From Eledone cirrhosa (Eukaryota), in contig OZ024743.1 of assembly GCA_964016885.1 (NCBI GenBank), positions 283,588,001 to 283,652,000 of the forward strand: 64,000 bases of DNA, in the 5' to 3' direction. Of the stretch, positions 29,957 through 43,480 are shown one piece after another. A model generated the notes under the pieces. It did not search any database, was not told where the DNA came from, and saw only the letters and a list, made by a program, of their open reading frames with translations. Position 1 is the first letter of the stretch; each line of letters opens with the position of its first letter. The translations under genes were made by a program, and so were the position numbers.

Positions 29957-32935
29957 ATCATTATCATCATCATCATCATTTAACGTCCATATTCCACGCT
30001 TGCATGGGTTTGGAGGGAGTTTTCCCACTTGAGGCAAGAGTGGTTGTCTTGCTCACATAGGACTGTCTGGCGGGTTTTCTACAGCTGGATGCCCTTCCTA
30101 ACACCAACCACATTTACAGTGTGGAACTGGGAGGTTTTTACCGTGTTACCTACACGGCCAAATTACAGCGTGGACTGTGTGTTTTTTTTTTGTCGTGACA
30201 CCTACACGACCTCATTTGTTTCGGCCTGGATGTTGTGGTACCAACATAGCTTTACATTGAAAGGGGCGGTGTGGATGGGGTGGGGGTAGTGGGACAGGGT
30301 GTATTTTGTTAGAGGCGCCTACTGACTGTAGTAGGTTTTAATTTGTATTTAGGTAAGGCGGTCTTCTCTATTACTGTGTACCGCCAAAGATCTCGGTCCA
30401 GTGACATTGTCTTGGAGAGGTGTAAGTGTGTGAGGTCGGAATTTATCAAGTCGTCCCAGGTTTTCTGGGTCTGCCTACTCCGTGGCTACCGTCTATTTTT
30501 ATTGCCCTGCACTTTTTTTATACAGCTGTCGTCTTTCATGCGCATCACGTGATCATACCAACGTAGCCTTCTCTCGAGTAAACAACATCTGATCCCTCTT
30601 ATTTCTAATTTTTCCCTTAGTTTGTTAATGCTTTGCCGTTCACGTATATTACTATTACACATCCAGCGGAGCATGCAAGCTTCATTCCTCTCTAGTCTGC
30701 GTATATCCTCTGCACACAATGCCCAGGTCTCACTGCCATGCAACATTGCTGTTTGTATGCAGGCATCATACAGCCTGCCTTTCATTTTTAGGGAGAACCT
30801 ATTAGCGGCTAATAGTGGTATAAGCTCTCTGAACTTTTTCCATCCAGTTCTGACTCTAGCTACTGTACTTTCAGAGCACCCTCCCCCACTGCTGATTTTG
30901 TCACCCAGGTAACGGAAGCTGTCCAATATTTCTATAGAACCCTCTGTGCAATTGAAAGAGCTAGTATTTTGTGGGCACTTGCTGCTACTTATTACACCAG
31001 AGCACCGGCCACATGTAAAATCTATGTTCTTAGTTAGCTTACCTGTGATCCCACTACATCTTTTATGCACCCATACTTTGCATTTGGGACATAAAATGGA
31101 GTTTCTACATACTCCTTTCCTACACACTGAGCATGGCCATTTCCCGGATGGGACCGACGCCCTATTTTCCTTCCTACAAACTAGAACTTTAGTCTTAGAC
31201 AGGTTAATTTTAAGGCCTTTTGATTCTAGGCCGTGCTTCCATGTTTGGAATTTCTTCTCTAGTTCGGCCATTGATTCAGCTATGAGCGTTAGATCATCTG
31301 CGTATAGGAGTTCCCATGGGCAGCCGGTCTTGAACTCCACTGTTATAGCCTGAAGGGCAATAATAAATAGTAGGGGGCTAAGAACGGAGCCCTGATGAAC
31401 ACCAACTTTTACGCTAAACTCTTCATTATATTCGTTGTTAATTCTAACCTTGCTGACTGTTTCTTTATACATGGCTTGTAAAGCTCTCACAAGCCATTCA
31501 TCAACACCTAGCTTTCTAAGAGCCCACCAGATAATGGAACGGGGGACTCTGTCAAAGGCTTTCTCCAAGTCGACAAAAGCTAAGTATAGGGGTTTACTTT
31601 TAGCTAGGTACTTCTCCTGTAGTTGTCGTACAATGAAAAGAGCGTCTGTGGTACTTTTCCCTGACACAAAACCGAACTGCATTTCATCTAGATCAATTCT
31701 CTCTCTGATTAGTTGCGCTATTACTTTTTCCGTGACCTTCATGACCTGGTCGATTAATTTAATGCCTCTATAGTTACTCCTATCTAGGGCATCTCCTTTA
31801 CCCTTGTAGCAGTTAACGATGATGCTGCTACGCCAGTCCTTCGGAACAACCCCATTCTGTATGACTTGGTTTACTATCCGGGTGACCATGGTGTGTCCCA
31901 CTGTTCCAGAGGCTTTCAGCATTTCAGCAACTATTTCCGAAGGCCCAGCCGCCTTACCCGTCTTCATATCTTTGATTGCCTTACTTATTATACTACCTTC
32001 GACTAACACTGCTGGTCCCTCTATTGGGTCGATGTGGGGGAGACTGTCTTTCTCCCATTTATTCTCCTCATTTAGTAGCCTTTCGTAGTGACACTTCCAA
32101 GCTACCTTCTTATCAGCGTCAGTGATGGCAAGTACACCATCATCATTAAGTACACACTTCTCCCCGACAATATCACGGTTTTCCTTGACACATTGCCTAG
32201 CAATCCTGAACAACTCACGTTTTTGGTCCTCGCGTTGTAGAACATGCTTGAACTTTCTTTCCTCTGCTTCCCTTCTTGCGAAGTACACTTGTCTCCTAGC
32301 TTCCCTCCTGGCCACTTGATAGTCTTCTCTACTTCCCCCATCCCGCCATACTTTCCAAGCCTGCTTTTTGGCCTTAATTGACTCCTCCACCTTACTGTTC
32401 CACCACCATGTTACTCTCCTCCTGCCTATAGGCCTGCTCCAGCCACAGACTTCGTCTGCCGCCATCAGCAGGTTTGCTTTCAGGAATTCCCACTGTTCCT
32501 CTATATTGTACGACTCTAAATGCTCTTCCTTACTGTCGAAAGCATCAAGTAATATGCTTTTAAATTTATTTCTGGCTGTGGGGTCCTTTAGCTTCCATAT
32601 TTTTCTCCTGAGGATAGTCCTCTTCTGCTGTCGAGTACGTCTCGTCCTGACTATGAGGTCGCTAATTATGAGTCTATGTTGGGAGGTGCATTCTTCATGG
32701 GGAGGGATTTAGTGTTTACAACAGACACTCTGTCACGTCTTCTGGTAAGGATATAATCTACCTGGCTGGTATGTTCCCCTGATCTATAGGTGATCAAGTG
32801 ATTGTCTCGTTTTTTTAAGTTAGTGTTACAGATAGTTAGGTTATTTGCGTCACAGAATTCCAGGATTCTGGAGACTTCCTCATTTCTGGTACCAAACCCA
32901 TAGCCTCCGTGGATTCTATCATAGCCGTCACAATG
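29957..32935 (-). mobile_element. RTE-clade LINE, longest copy: partial APE endonuclease, RT (ORF 30,486-32,465) with PHD-type finger, 3' UTR and (GAT)n tail
   Basis: HGGYGFGTRN and SQVDYILTR (APE); [28 protein letters not shown] and YADD (RT). Frameshifted and 5'-truncated. Confidence 0.95.
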
Positions 32936-33409
32936 TATATATATATAGAGAGAGAAAAAGAGGCAGGACCCCGGCGGCTGAGCTCCAGCCATTTCGATAG
33001 CTAGCTGTCTATCCATATCCATCTAGCATCTAGCTATATGTCTGTATGTCTATCTAATATATCTATTCATCTATCTCTCTCTCACCCTCTCTGTTTATTT
33101 CTCCCTCTCTCCCTCTATATATATATATACATGTATGTATATATATATATAATACATCTATTAAATCTATCTGTTCTTCTAGTCATTAATCCACATGTGA
33201 CTCATCCCAACACCAGGTCATCCATTTGTCTTTGGCAATTCTGTTTTTGTCACTTCTTACACACATGTAGAAACCATATACCATTCTATCTATTTATTTG
33301 CCTACTTGTTCCTATAGACACTCATCACCAGAATTATACTCTTCATCTCTCTTTCTAGCCTGAAGGTTGATTCCTTCATTTGCTTCTGCTTTCTCCCACT
33401 CCTCTCTTT

Positions 33410-33452
<43 letters not shown>

Positions 33453-34344
33453 CACTCTCTCTCTCTCTCTCTCTTTCTCCTATTGCTCCTTCCCTTTATC
33501 ATTATAGGATTTTTTCTTCATACATATCTATTTGTCAATCTATCGCTCTCTCTTCTCTCTGCCTATTTATCTATCTATCTTCCCACCGTGTACCTTCCAC
33601 CACCAACATCATCACCATTACCACCACCACCTCCATTACCATCATTCAATCCACTCACTTTATAATACATTTTCCTCTAATGTACACATCACACTGTAAA
33701 TTTCTTTTAAATTCAATTGTAAAAATGTCTTCAGTTGAAGTGTGCTGATGTTTTCATATACATGCATATATGTATGTGTAGCCACAGACAAATGTGAGTG
33801 TTTGTGCACACATGTGTTGCATATGAATGTGTGTGTATGTGTGTGTGTGTGTGCATGTGTCTATGTGTGTGTCTATGTCTGGGTGTATATGAATGTTTGT
33901 ATATGTGGATGTATACGTGTATTAAAACCTATTGCTAAGTAATAAAATTTTAGCTGTTCACTCAATCTATGCACCATGATTTAGACATGCATATAAAAGC
34001 TACCACCTATAAACTTCTTGTCTCCAAGGACTCAAGTATTCTTCCTTACTTTTTATCCATTTTTCATTTTCTAATTTCCTCTATTTTGTTTTTCCACAGT
34101 AGGAAATAAAATCTTTGTTAAAGAAAAGAGATTGAATTTTAATTTGTCATGGATGTTTGAACAAAAACAACACACCACTATAAAGAAATAAAGTACAATA
34201 ATGTAGAAGAGAGAAAAAATGTCAGTAAGAAATGCAAAATATTCTGAAGAACCAAATATTTGAAAGCATTTTTCTACTACTTTATCTTTTTTATTTTTCT
34301 ACACTGTTGTGTTGATTTTGTTCAAACATCCACGACAAATGTGT

Positions 34345-34913
<569 letters not shown>

Positions 34914-35059
34914 TAAAATAACAGATTAAAGTTTAAGCAAAGAATCGCTGCTTTCACCCTTAACAGGATCTTCTGAAACTAACAAAGTCAATCTGTGAAC
35001 GCAGAAGTGAATATTTCAAAAAACGTTGCAACCGGAGGAAGACAGGAAGATGATACTTT

Positions 35060-35337
35060 GGTTCATGGAAACGTTCCCTGGCAAAGAACGGGAAAAAACG
35101 AATATAATACGTCATTATTTGGAGCGGTGAAAAACAATTACACGCAAAGACAAAACCACGTTTAGGTATAAAAGAAGTCGTAGACTAATATTCTCTTAGG
35201 TGGTTCATAGAGACGTTCTCTGGCAATGAACGGAAAAAACGAAGATAATACGTCATATGTGGAGCGTGGAAAACAATTGCACGCAAAGACGAAACTACAT
35301 AAATGGTATAACTGAAGTCGTAGACTAAAATTCTAAC
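35060..35337. repeat. Two diverged tandem copies of a ~140-bp unit
   Basis: ggttcat.g..acgtt...cacgcaaagac.aaac...gaagtcgtagactaa at ~35,060 and ~35,202. Confidence 0.85.
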
Positions 35338-35704
35338 TAGGAAACCAAATGATTCTCGGCTTCAGAGTTAAGAATAAAGATAAAATACCAAGGTAATTGA
35401 AATAAATAAATACATACACGCATCCATGTACGTACATACACAAGCATACGCGAAAACACTCGCCATAGGTATACAAATACACGCACATATAAATATGTGT
35501 TCTCCACGCTCCACCAGCCAACCGGAAATTTATAAATTCCTAAATTTATAAATTTATTATAATAAATTGAAGTGAAAGCAACTGGTGCGTGTGTTTCTTA
35601 TTGGCAACATGATCCTCCCAAAGTATAACAATATCGGTTTCAACACACGTTTTCAGATAAAGAATCTTGCTAAACAAATTCAGAAACGAAATATATATAT
35701 ATAT

Positions 35705-35855
35705 AAGAGGACGGGTCCGCTTCAGCACAGCATCTCTGTATCTGTCACGGTCCTTTATCATCTCCTGTATGAGCTTCAGCGATCTGAGGTCAGCTCTCAC
35801 CACTTCGGCCCATGTTTTTTGTGGTCTTCCTCTACTGCGTCTTCCTTCCACTGGT
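35705..35855 (-). mobile_element. Short RTE ORF-end fragment
   Basis: PVEGRRSRGRPQKTWAEVVRADL, same subfamily as the 39.9-41.4 kb copy; flanked by (TA)n on both sides. Confidence 0.8.
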
Positions 35856-36368
35856 ATATATATATAGTTGATTAAAACAACAGACGGCCAGACTGGGGAT
35901 ATCCTCTGAAAGTTTTGTTGTTGCAAAAATCACTATATATATTTCAATGGCCCGGCAAGATCATCAAGTGTGAATTGCATAATTAGTGAATCAATAAAAG
36001 GAATTACAGGAAACACAAACAGAGAATAGAAAAAATATTTGATCCGGAGATGGCCTGCAGACCAAGATATATTTAAAATGTAGTTGTCCCAATGTGAGGG
36101 ACTATAGTAAAAGATGTTCACTATAAATACTAATTGAGAGATGTAGGGTTCAATCTTTGTATCTGCCTCAATAAACCTTTTTCCATCCCTCGATTTGTTC
36201 AGTTATTATTGATAGTGATCTAATATTACTAGACATTTACATTTCACATTGTCCTACTGCTTCATAAGTCAACCAGATGTTTATATATATGTGTACATAT
36301 AAATACATATATACATACATATATATATATACACACACACATATACACATACATGTGCACACATGCAT

Positions 36369-36419
<51 letters not shown>

Positions 36420-36629
36420 ATGAATTGCCTATTGATTTTAACATGTTCCCAGTAAAAGCTTCTTCAAATAACTTTGTTAACTTGTTTCATTGCAGACTGC
36501 TATCCACATTCAAGATATTTATCCATTATATACTTGTTTATTATTTTCTTCTTCTTGATGGTCTTGAAAGAAATTCCAATCTCTTTTGTATTCGTTTACC
36601 ATTTATCTTGGAGGAAATATACTCTCTCT

Positions 36630-36711
<82 letters not shown>

Positions 36712-37010
36712 GAGAGAGAGAGACAGAGAGATCATCATTATCATTATATGTTATGTCTGCTTTTCCATGATTGATTAGGACATGGAAAAGAAAACTAGCC
36801 TCTTCTGTACAGAATCCATGCAGTACAAAAATACTTTCGCTCACATCATAACTATACCCCAGTTGATAATGTTCTTTTAGGTGAAGCACATGTTTTCAAA
36901 GTAGGGTTTGGTAATTGTTGTGAAGTTAACTCTATTCCCAACTTGCCCTTTCGACTGAGTGCTCTACTAACTTTGGCTATGACCTTCTGATTTTTCACTA
37001 CACTATGTAA

Positions 37011-37118
37011 TCTTTTGCACGCATGAAATTTTTATAAATTTCTTCCCTTGACATTGTATTCTGTATTAAGGGGAGATTATTCTATCGGCGACTTAATGCG
37101 CTTGGAGCTCCCAGAAGA
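37011..37118. mobile_element. Second copy of the TTAA-type MITE
   Basis: Colinear with 24,140-24,245; ends AAGA-TTAA. Confidence 0.6.
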
Positions 37119-37463
37119 TTAACATCGATTTTCCCTGCTAGCAAGGATCACAGTGGCAGGGAAAATGAACATTACATGAGGATGATTATTTATATCTTCC
37201 TCAGAAACACTGTTACTCTCAGAATTGATAATAAAACAATGAAGTACTCTTAACAACCCACACTTGACTTTTGTTATATTTTCATTATTCAAAATACACC
37301 TATCTTAATGATTCTGCAGCCTACCTACATTCTTTGAAGATTCCTTATGAGACTGGTGCCTACCACAATAACTTAAGCCCTGAAAGCATTACCTTGATGA
37401 ATCTACCAATCTACCACAACAACACACACACACACATATACATATATATATGTGTGTGTGTCT

Positions 37464-38960
37464 GTGAAAGTGTATGGCCTAGCAGTTAGGGTATTTGGCT
37501 CACGATCATCAGGTTGAGTGTTCGATTCTTGATGGAGCATTGTGTCCTTGAGAAATACGCTTTATTTCATGGTGTTCCAGTCCACTCATCATAATCATCG
37601 TTTTAACATCCACTTTCCTGCTAGCAAGAGTTGGATCGGTCTACTTAGACCAAGTCAGTACTGAAATGAGGCTACTGAACTCCCAGACCAGCCAGGAGTC
37701 AGCATTTTGGTTATGTATGGTCTCTCATTTTGCTGAGTACACAAGAGAGGTTGTCATGTCTTTGATACAACTGAAGGGTCCTCCCAACTTTCTGTTTGGC
37801 AAGTTTTCTATGGCTGGATGTCCTTCCTATCACCTACCACAATACAGCATGTACTGGGTGTGTTTATTGTGTAGATCATCAACATTAGGGAGGTTATCAT
37901 GCCCTTGACACAATTGGAGGGTTTTCCTAAACGTTTGTTCAGCAAGCTTTCTGTGACTGGATGCCCTTCCAATTACCAACCACTTTACAGAATGTACTGG
38001 ATGTATCTATTGTGTAAATAACCAGCACTAGAGAGGTTGCCATACCATGACATGACTGAAGGATCCTCTTGACCCTTTTTTAAGGCATGGTTTCTAGTGA
38101 AGGAAGATAAGTGTGGCTAAGGTAAGTGTGATGTGTTTGACAGAATGCTGAGTGGGGAAGGAACGTTGTGATGAGAACACTGAAATGGTGGGTTTGGCAC
38201 TCACCATTGCTGGAAATGGGAGCTATAGTGATGGAGAGAATAGCTAAGAAGTGATAGTGGAGGGGGCATGGATGCGGTGCAGAGAGTAGCTATTAGATGT
38301 GATAGTGAAGGTATCTAAAGTTTTTGTTGTTTTGGGGGGGTGGGAGAGACAGCAGCATAGTGGAGATGGTATAGTGATGGTAAGGATAGCTGCTAGTGAG
38401 TACTAGAGGAGGGGGGGGACACCAGGATAAGTCAGGCCACATTGTACGTTGTTGGCCGAGTCTCCACCAACACAGCATAGCACCATCCCTCGTGGTCTTT
38501 TGTCATTTCTGTAGTGAGGATTAATTTCTTAAGGTCTGTCTTCACAACTTCATCCCATGTCTTCCTGGGTCTGCCTCTTCCCATGGGGTTTCTCTGCATT
38601 TTTTTATGCAGCTACTATCTTCCATGAGCATCAGATGTCCATACCCATGCAGTCTTCTCTCTTGCACACTAACATTACACATCCATTGGAGCACACTCAA
38701 CTAGTTTCTTTCTAGCCTCTGTAGGTCTTCAGCAGTCAAGGCCCATGTTTCACTCAGCTTGCAAAAATGAGTTGTACCTGTAATTTGAAGGGCCAGCTTT
38801 GTCTTATTCTGTGTCATGCTGAATCTCCGTGAGAATTGTATTAAGGGCACGTGTGTCTGTGGAATGCTGAGTCACTTAACCCCTTGCACGTTAATTTTGT
38901 GAGCAGGCTGTTCTGTTGATCGTTTCAACTGGAACACCCATTGTAAGAACCTGCAGGGTG
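37464..38960 (+). mobile_element. tRNA/CORE-like SINE split by a nested old RTE fragment
   Basis: The SINE head runs to ccagtccactca (~37,588) and the body resumes at cactcagcttgcaaaaatgag (38,751). Confidence 0.7.
37588..38750 (-). mobile_element. Degenerate RTE 3' fragment with long 3' UTR
   Basis: Minus strand SETWA and GRGRPRKTWDEVVK at 38.5-38.75 kb; GAT-type tail at ~37,590. Confidence 0.7.
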
Positions 38961-38986
38961 TCATTTTCTTTATATATATATATATA

Positions 38987-39774
38987 CAGGGTGCAGACGA
39001 TATTTGTTCGCAAGATAGTAATCTTGCGAACAAATATCGTCCGCACCCTGCATCTAGGAAAAAATAACACAGTAGTTTTATATTTTACGATATATTTATC
39101 AAACTTGGGTCAGTTTGTCTTCATGACTTGTTCTTTCGATCTCACTCGATAAACCCACCATTGGCTTTGATGACGGCCTCAAGGCCGTTGGTGTCTCATT
39201 CCACTGCGCCCCACACAAAGAAGTCGAGGAGGTTGCAGTCAGGCGAGCTGGGAGGCCAGATGTCAGACAAAGTTCTCTGACAGCCAGGCTTGGGTATTTC
39301 GGCTGGTATGGCAGGGCGCTGAGTCTTGCTGCCACACATACGGCCTACCTGCAGCTACCTGGTCGATCCAGGACTTTACTACCTCGCTCAGAACGCAGAT
39401 GTAGCCATCGGTCTTCAGCTTGAGGCCCTCAGGGAAGAAGTGAGGAGGCATGACGTCACCTTAACTGCTGACGACACTTAAGACCAATGTTGTCGCTGGA
39501 AACTTTGTCTGCATGACTCTGGGCAGGTCTTTGGATAAAACAGCGAGCCACCTGTTGTTCTGGGAGTTGATTTTCTGGTCTTATTTGTCCTCCCGGCACG
39601 GATTCCAAGAAGAACAAATTTGGAGCTTCAAAATTATTCATAATCAATTATTCTGAAAATAAATAATGGAAATATAGTCACTGTTTTTATGAAGACAAGA
39701 GTGACAATGGAAGTAAAAGGAATTTGCATAAAATTATCAGTTGAAAATTGCGAACAAATATCGTCCACACTCTG
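38987..39774 (-). mobile_element. Tc1/mariner superfamily DD37D (maT) element, internally deleted
   Basis: TIRs CAGGGTGCAGACGATATTTGTTCGCAA / TTGCGAACAAATATCGTCCACACTCTG flanked by TA; transposase remnant GDVMPPHFF..WQQDSAPCHTS. Confidence 0.9.
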
Positions 39775-39789
39775 TATATATATATGCCA

Positions 39790-39856
39790 ACAGCCGTACG
39801 AACAGTTTCTCTGCATCCCCATCACTTTGGAGACCTTACTTTTGGGATTACCCTCG

Positions 39857-39858
<2 letters not shown>
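39790..39858 (-). mobile_element. Solo mariner-like terminus
   Basis: Minus strand TA-CGAGGGTAATCCCAAAAGTAAGGTCTC resembles mariner TIRs; no partner end was seen. Confidence 0.45.
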
Positions 39859-39914
<56 letters not shown>

Positions 39915-39917
<3 letters not shown>

Positions 39918-41382
39918 TCATCATCATCATCATCATCATTTTATGTCCACTTTTCCCTGCTTGCAAGGGTTGGACGGGTCCTATTCAGCACAGCATCTCT
40001 CCACTTGTCATGGTCCTTCGTCATCTCCTCGGTGAGTTCAGCGATCGAAGGTCTGCTCTCACCACCTTCGCCCATGTTTTTCGTGGTCTACCTCTACTGC
40101 ATCTTCCTTCTACTGGGATTTCTTGCCACTTCTTTACCCAGCGGCTATCCTCCATGCGCAGCACATGTCCATACCATCTCAGCCTTCTCTCCTCCACACC
40201 ACAACTTATCTCTCTTATACCCAGTTTCTTTCTCAACTCATCTATGCTTGGTCGTTCATGCACATTGACATTGCACATCCAATGGAGCATACTTGCTTCA
40301 TTTCTCTCCAGCCGTCGCATATCCTCTGTAGTTGCTGCCCATGTCTCACTACCATGCAGCATCGCGCATCTCACACAGGCATCATATAACCATCCTTTCG
40401 TACGCAGGGAGAAACCCTTCTTTTTCAACAAAGGAAGCAGCTCCCTAAACTTCTTCCAGCCCATCCTTATTCTAGATACTATGGCCTTGGAACGGAACCC
40501 CCCCCCCCCCCCCCCCTCCCATGCTAATCTGATCACCTAGGTACCAGAAGCTATCAACCACTTCTATAGAACCCACCTGCATTGGAAAAATGTGTCTATC
40601 ACTGTGATTACTACTGCCAACTTTCCCTGTACATCTACTGCATATGCCATTTTCCCTACCTGTTAGTTTGCTTGCTATCCCACTACATCTCTTGTGTACC
40701 CAAGATCTACATTGCGTACATTTTATGGAATTTATGCCAGTTCCTTTCCTACATATCAAACATGGCCATTTCCCTGATGGAATCGGAGTATTGTCCTATC
40801 TTCTACTTATCAACACTTTTGTCTTAGCTATGTTCACTCTCAGTCCTCTTGATTCCAACTGCTGTTTTCATAGCCAGAATTTATTCTCTAGCTCCTCTAC
40901 TGATTCTGCTATAAGAACCAGATCATTAGCATAGAGAAGTTCCCATGGACATCCAGTCTTAAACTCCTCTGTTATGGCTTGGAGGACTATAATGAACAAG
41001 AGCGGGCTGAGGACCGAACCCTGATGTACACCTACTTGTATCTGGAATTCCTCACTAAACTCTATACCTACTCTCACTTTACTGACAGCACCTCTGTACA
41101 TAGCTTGCACTGTCCTCACAAGCCATTCCTCTACACCTAGTTTCCTTAGGGACCACCAGATGACAGATCGGGGTACCCTATCAAAGGCCTTCTCTAAGTC
41201 AACAAAAGCTAAGTATAGTGGCTTATTCTTCTCTAAGAACTTCTCTTGTAGTTGCCTCACTAAGAAGAGGGCATCTGTTGTACTTTTCCGAGGCACAAAA
41301 CCAAACTACATCTCATCTAATTTGACCCTTTCTCTAATCAGTTGTGCTAATATTCTCTCTGCCACTTTCATAACCTGATCCA
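39915..41382 (-). mobile_element. RTE LINE, second subfamily, disrupted
   Basis: [25 protein letters not shown]-type finger and MLHGSETW; (GAT)n tail with a very short 3' UTR. Confidence 0.92.
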
Positions 41383-41409
41383 TCATCATTGTTTAACGGC
41401 TGCTTGCCA

Positions 41410-41555
41410 CGGAAAAAAAGCACCCAACACTCACTGTAAATGAGGTTGGTGTTAGGAAGGGCATCCAGCTGTAGAAATCAAGCCAGAATCAGTTCTCGTC
41501 CCATCCTTGCAAGCAGGGAAACAGCGGACGTAAAATGAAATGATGATAAATGATA
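41410..41555 (+). mobile_element. RTE-type 3' end fragment
   Basis: gttggtgttaggaagggcatccagctgtagaaa motif shared with the RTE 3' UTRs, plus a GAT tail. Confidence 0.7.
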
Positions 41556-43254
41556 ATATATGGAATGGATCTCGATCAATTTCGATGATAACAGTTCCAG
41601 TTGTACAATCAACAGGACAGCCTGCTCATGTGTAAGTGATTGAGCATTCCACAGTATATTTCATTGGAAATATTGCAATGAAAGGATTAAGACAATCCTT
41701 TAATGGCTTTAAAAGCTTTTATAAAGATTTTGATTTCAGCAGGTGACAAATTAACTGGGTGCCTCATTGCGATTAAACCCAGGGAGTTAAAAATAGAAAT
41801 CATAACATTGTCTCACATTTTTACTAAATCTGGTAAAATTTTGCATTTTGTTAACTCTTACCATCCTGTATTTAACTATCAAAACTCACAAATAATCATC
41901 AATATCTTTGTTTGATTCATTTTCAATCATTCATTTGTCTGTTAATTTTGTGTTGAATGTAAACTGGATGATATGTATATTTTCTTTTCTTTATTGATGA
42001 TAGCAGCAAATCAAATATTGATCAGTTACAATTAACTGAGAACAAGAAAATCTGTCTTCTATGCATTTGTTAGCATTATTATTGTTTAGCCAGCCTATGA
42101 GGCTGCATCTCATAGAAGGTTTGTTAGGTGTTTTAATGATGGGAGCCCCCAATGCTATTATGTCACCATTTTTTCAGTGACAGGGTGACAAGAGATAGGA
42201 TTGAAACTCAAAATGCAAAATGCACAGGGCCAGAGCAGATACAACAAAGCATCCTATTTGTCACTAATAATTATTAGCGATTATAATTCCACCAATCTAT
42301 CACCTTAATTTATCAACCCTAGAAGGCTGAAACTCAAAATTACTCTAGGCAGGATACAAACCCAGAAGTTAGAGTGCTGAAACAAATGCTACAAGGTATT
42401 TAATTGAATGCTCAAATGATTCTGCCAATTTGCTGCCCTTTTCATTAGAGAGTTAGTCTGATTGTCACATAAATCTTGCTTAATTCTACATTCATTTCTA
42501 ATTAAGGCACAAGGCAATGTTGGGGGAAAGACAAAGTTGATTAAATCAATACCAGAACTTGATTGCTACTTTATTTTATCAACTCCAGAAGGATGAAAGT
42601 CAAAGTTGACCTCAGTTGGATTTGAACTCAGAACATAGAAAATCATAACTGAATATAGCAATACATGTTGTCCAACACTCTACCAATACTGCCAATCCCT
42701 AGCTCAATATTGATTAGAATACAACATACAAAATTCTATGAATGATATCCTAAATATTTTCACAGCATTGCATCTCTGACTATTTTTATCTTTACTCACA
42801 TTAACAAAGTACACTTACTCTGGCTATAACATCAACTTTTAAATTACAGATATTGTGACAAGAATTTTTTTCCTTCTATACCCCAAGATAGTGAAATGTT
42901 CTTTTAGTTCATTTCTGGCTATCTAGTTTGATCGATATATTTAAAGACCACATCAATCATTTGTTATTCTGAAATGTCTACTGCTCTGTCTGTCTGACCC
43001 TTTACCAATCACCACACATACACACACATGCACGCACACACAAACACACTCAAAGTCAATTGCATCAGTCACCATTCTTTGGTGCCTACTGAACTGTTAT
43101 CTATTTTGTTTTCACAACATAACTGACTTTAAGCAGTTGTAGCAACTCTGTAAATGTTATCAGTCATTTACTTCAGATGTGGAATGATGAGATAAATTAA
43201 GGTGCCCCAGCATGACTGCAGTTTAATGACTGAAACCAATAAAACAACAAGAGA

Positions 43255-43480
43255 ATCACCATCACCATCATCAACACCTCCACCATCATCACCACCACAC
43301 CACCACCATCATCACCAATACCATCACTGCCACCACACCACCTTCATCATCATCATCATCATCATCATTACCACCACCATCACCATCACCACCATCATCA
43401 TCATTACCATCACCACCACCACCACCACCACTATCATCACCATCATCATCATCATCATTGTAGTCGTCATCATCATCATT
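43255..43480. repeat. (CAT/CAC)n microsatellite
   Basis: Directly visible. Confidence 0.9.

Noticed and set aside
30622-32712. Plus-strand ORFs overlapping the RTE, and their equivalents in other copies
   Set aside because: Antisense to the RT frame; they recur only because the element is repeated.
35870-36235. Possible decayed GIY-YIG (Penelope) coding sequence on the minus strand
   Set aside because: Only a vague resemblance (EGWKKVY*G); it cannot be supported without a search.
42819-42968. Possible minus-strand exon (TTTCAG ... GTAAGT)
   Set aside because: Stops occur in all frames and the acceptor region is purine-rich; it could only be non-coding, and nothing supports that.
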